Source: Eledone cirrhosa (taxonomy: Eukaryota). Taken from it: a stretch of DNA of 64,000 nucleotides. Positions within the stretch are counted from its first letter, which is position 1; the number at the start of each line of letters is the position of its first letter. The position numbers and the translations under genes were made by a program. This document shows, piece after piece, positions 62,453-64,000 of the stretch. The DNA is taken from positions 166,346,001 to 166,410,000 of the forward strand of contig OZ024741.1 of assembly GCA_964016885.1 (NCBI GenBank). The letters run 5' to 3'. The notes under the pieces are model-generated. The model did not search any database. It saw only the letters and a list, made by a program, of their open reading frames with translations, and was not told the DNA's origin.

Positions 62453-62735
62453 GGAGAGGCGTGGCCTTGAGGTAGGGGTGTTGGATTTACGATCATAATA
62501 TCGTGGGTTCGATTCCTGGGTTGGATTGCGTGTTGTGTCCTTGAGCAAAGCACTTTATTTCACGTTGCTCCATTATACTCAGCTGAAATTGAGTAGCAGT
62601 AATAGCTGTGGGTTTAACCCTGTGATGGACTGGCGTCCTGTCCATGGGGGAGTTTTGTGCTCTCAGTCGCTTCACGCCGCGAAACCGGGATAAGCACCGG
62701 CCTAACGTGCCTTCCAGATTAAGATAGACTTTAGG
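62453..62735 (+). mobile_element. tRNA-derived SINE with a V-SINE-like central block
   Basis: Head GTGGCCTTGAGGTAGGG..GGTTCGATTCC; block CCCTGTGATGGACTGGCGTCCTGTCCA..GTCGCTTCACGC..GAAACCGGGATAAGC (resemblance recalled, not searched). Confidence 0.7.
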
Positions 62736-62737
62736 TA

Positions 62738-62952
62738 TTCTTCTTCTTCTTCTTCTTCTTCTTCTTCTTCTTCTTCTTCTTCTTCTTCTTCTATGCTCAC
62801 TTATTCCTGAGAGGGTCGTGGGGCAGAATTCTTAAACACTCCTTCCATCGGGTCCTGTCAGAAACAAACGTCTCCAACTGATCCGAATGGATCCCCAAGC
62901 GTGAACATCCAACCTCATGGATGTTATCCAACCATTTTGCTCGGGTCTTGTT
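62738..62952 (-). mobile_element. RTE-like LINE 3' end with (GAA)n tail
   Basis: Translation TRAKWLDNI...DRTRW followed by (GAA)n on the minus strand. Confidence 0.65.
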
Positions 62953-63027
62953 GAAATAATAAAATATATGGCGCGATTTAATAATATAACTAACTATTTT
63001 GTTAATAAATTGATGCTTGGGTTGGTA

Positions 63028-63425
63028 AAGGCGGTGGATTGGCAGTATCAGTAGAGCGTCGAACACCAAGCTTTGACGCATAGAGTTACGGCCCTTGATA
63101 TTCTGAGTTCAAATCCCGCCGAGGTTAACTTTACCTTTCCTCTTTACGGGATCGATAAAATAAAGTACCAGTAATACACTGGGATAATTGCTGTCTTGTG
63201 CCAAAAGTAGAAATAATTAACTAACAAACAACTCTTAAATAAAATAATTGCTTCTACTTTTGGCACAAGGCCAGCAATTAACCAGTGTATTACTGGTACT
63301 TTATTTTATCGACCCCCATAAGGATGAAAGGCGCAGTTAACCTCGTCGGGATTTGAACTCAGAATGGAAAGGGCCGTAACTCTATGCGTCAAAGCATGGA
63401 GTCCGACCCTCTACCGATACTGCCA
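63028..63425. mobile_element. Tail-to-tail inverted pair of family A SINEs
   Basis: Plus copy 63028-63217 and minus copy 63245-63425. Confidence 0.88.
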
Positions 63426-63539
63426 AAATAATGACAGAAGGATTTAATGTAAGTAAAAATTTTGTATGGTCATTTTTTGTTATCATAAATGCAGGTCGGT
63501 TACAGGTGGTTTTGTATTAAAAGGGTCCTATATATATAT

Positions 63540-63807
63540 ATAGTGTACCCTAACTAATAGTTGTTCACGGAAACCACCGCATATTCGCGGAATCGTAAAT
63601 ATCTTCCGCAATTTTTTTAATGTTTTTTTTCGTGGCAATATAGATATATTTTTACGCCCCTTTGCATAACACGCTCCCTCTTTTTTAATTATATTTTAGG
63701 TTATGGTTTACAAGCATTTTTATGGACCACGTTCAATATTCGCGGTTTTTCACTCTTCGCAGGTGCTCTAGGAACGTAACTCCGCGAATACCGGGAGACA
63801 AATGTAT
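63540..63807. mobile_element. Tigger/pogo-like MITE, degenerate
   Basis: Repeated ATATTCGCGG / CCGCGAATA motifs, end CCGCGAATACCGGGAGACAAATG-TA. Confidence 0.5.
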
Positions 63808-63938
63808 AATTCTTTTGGGTGGGGGGGGGGGAATAATTGATTTATTATTCCTTGTTAATAGATTGATGTTGTTGTTGTAGCCTTGCATGTTGTTGTTGTA
63901 CCCTTGCTTGTTGTTGTTGTTATTGCTTGTTGTTGTTA

Positions 63939-64000
63939 AGGGCGGTCGATTGGCAGTACCGGTAGAGAGTCAGACACCATGCGTTTCAGCATAGAGTTGC
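63939..64000 (+). mobile_element. SINE family A head (cut by the window end)
   Basis: GGGCGGTCGATTGGCAGTACCGGTAGAG. Confidence 0.8.

Overview
Eukaryotic, AT-rich, microsatellite-saturated DNA with no supportable host gene. The SINE and microsatellite landscape looks cephalopod (octopus-like); that assignment is an inference. Almost every long 'ORF' outside the retroelements is a microsatellite artefact. Coding content is all retrotransposon: (1) a Penelope-like element (PLE, Naiad-type RT + GIY-YIG) at 1-2928(-) fused to an inverted 3' copy at 2929-5558(+); (2) two diverged L1/Tx1-clade LINEs in head-to-tail tandem (13491-19352 and 19376-25175, both -), each bracketed by (GATA)n; (3) three R4/Dong-like restriction-like-endonuclease LINEs (51381-60300, -) next to (TATG)n. 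There is also a non-coding LTR element with a tRNA-Trp primer-binding site (40905-42875), many tRNA-derived SINEs and a few MITEs. The most striking unannotated signal is about 15 intact or degenerate type-I hammerhead ribozyme (HHR) motifs from several sequence families. Most sit in short fold-back (inverted-repeat) insertions embedded in (TA)n. One set forms a retrozyme-like direct-repeat unit of about 915 nt, and in another family the palindrome axis lies in the ribozyme's own stem II. All structures were read by eye; none has been computed or tested.
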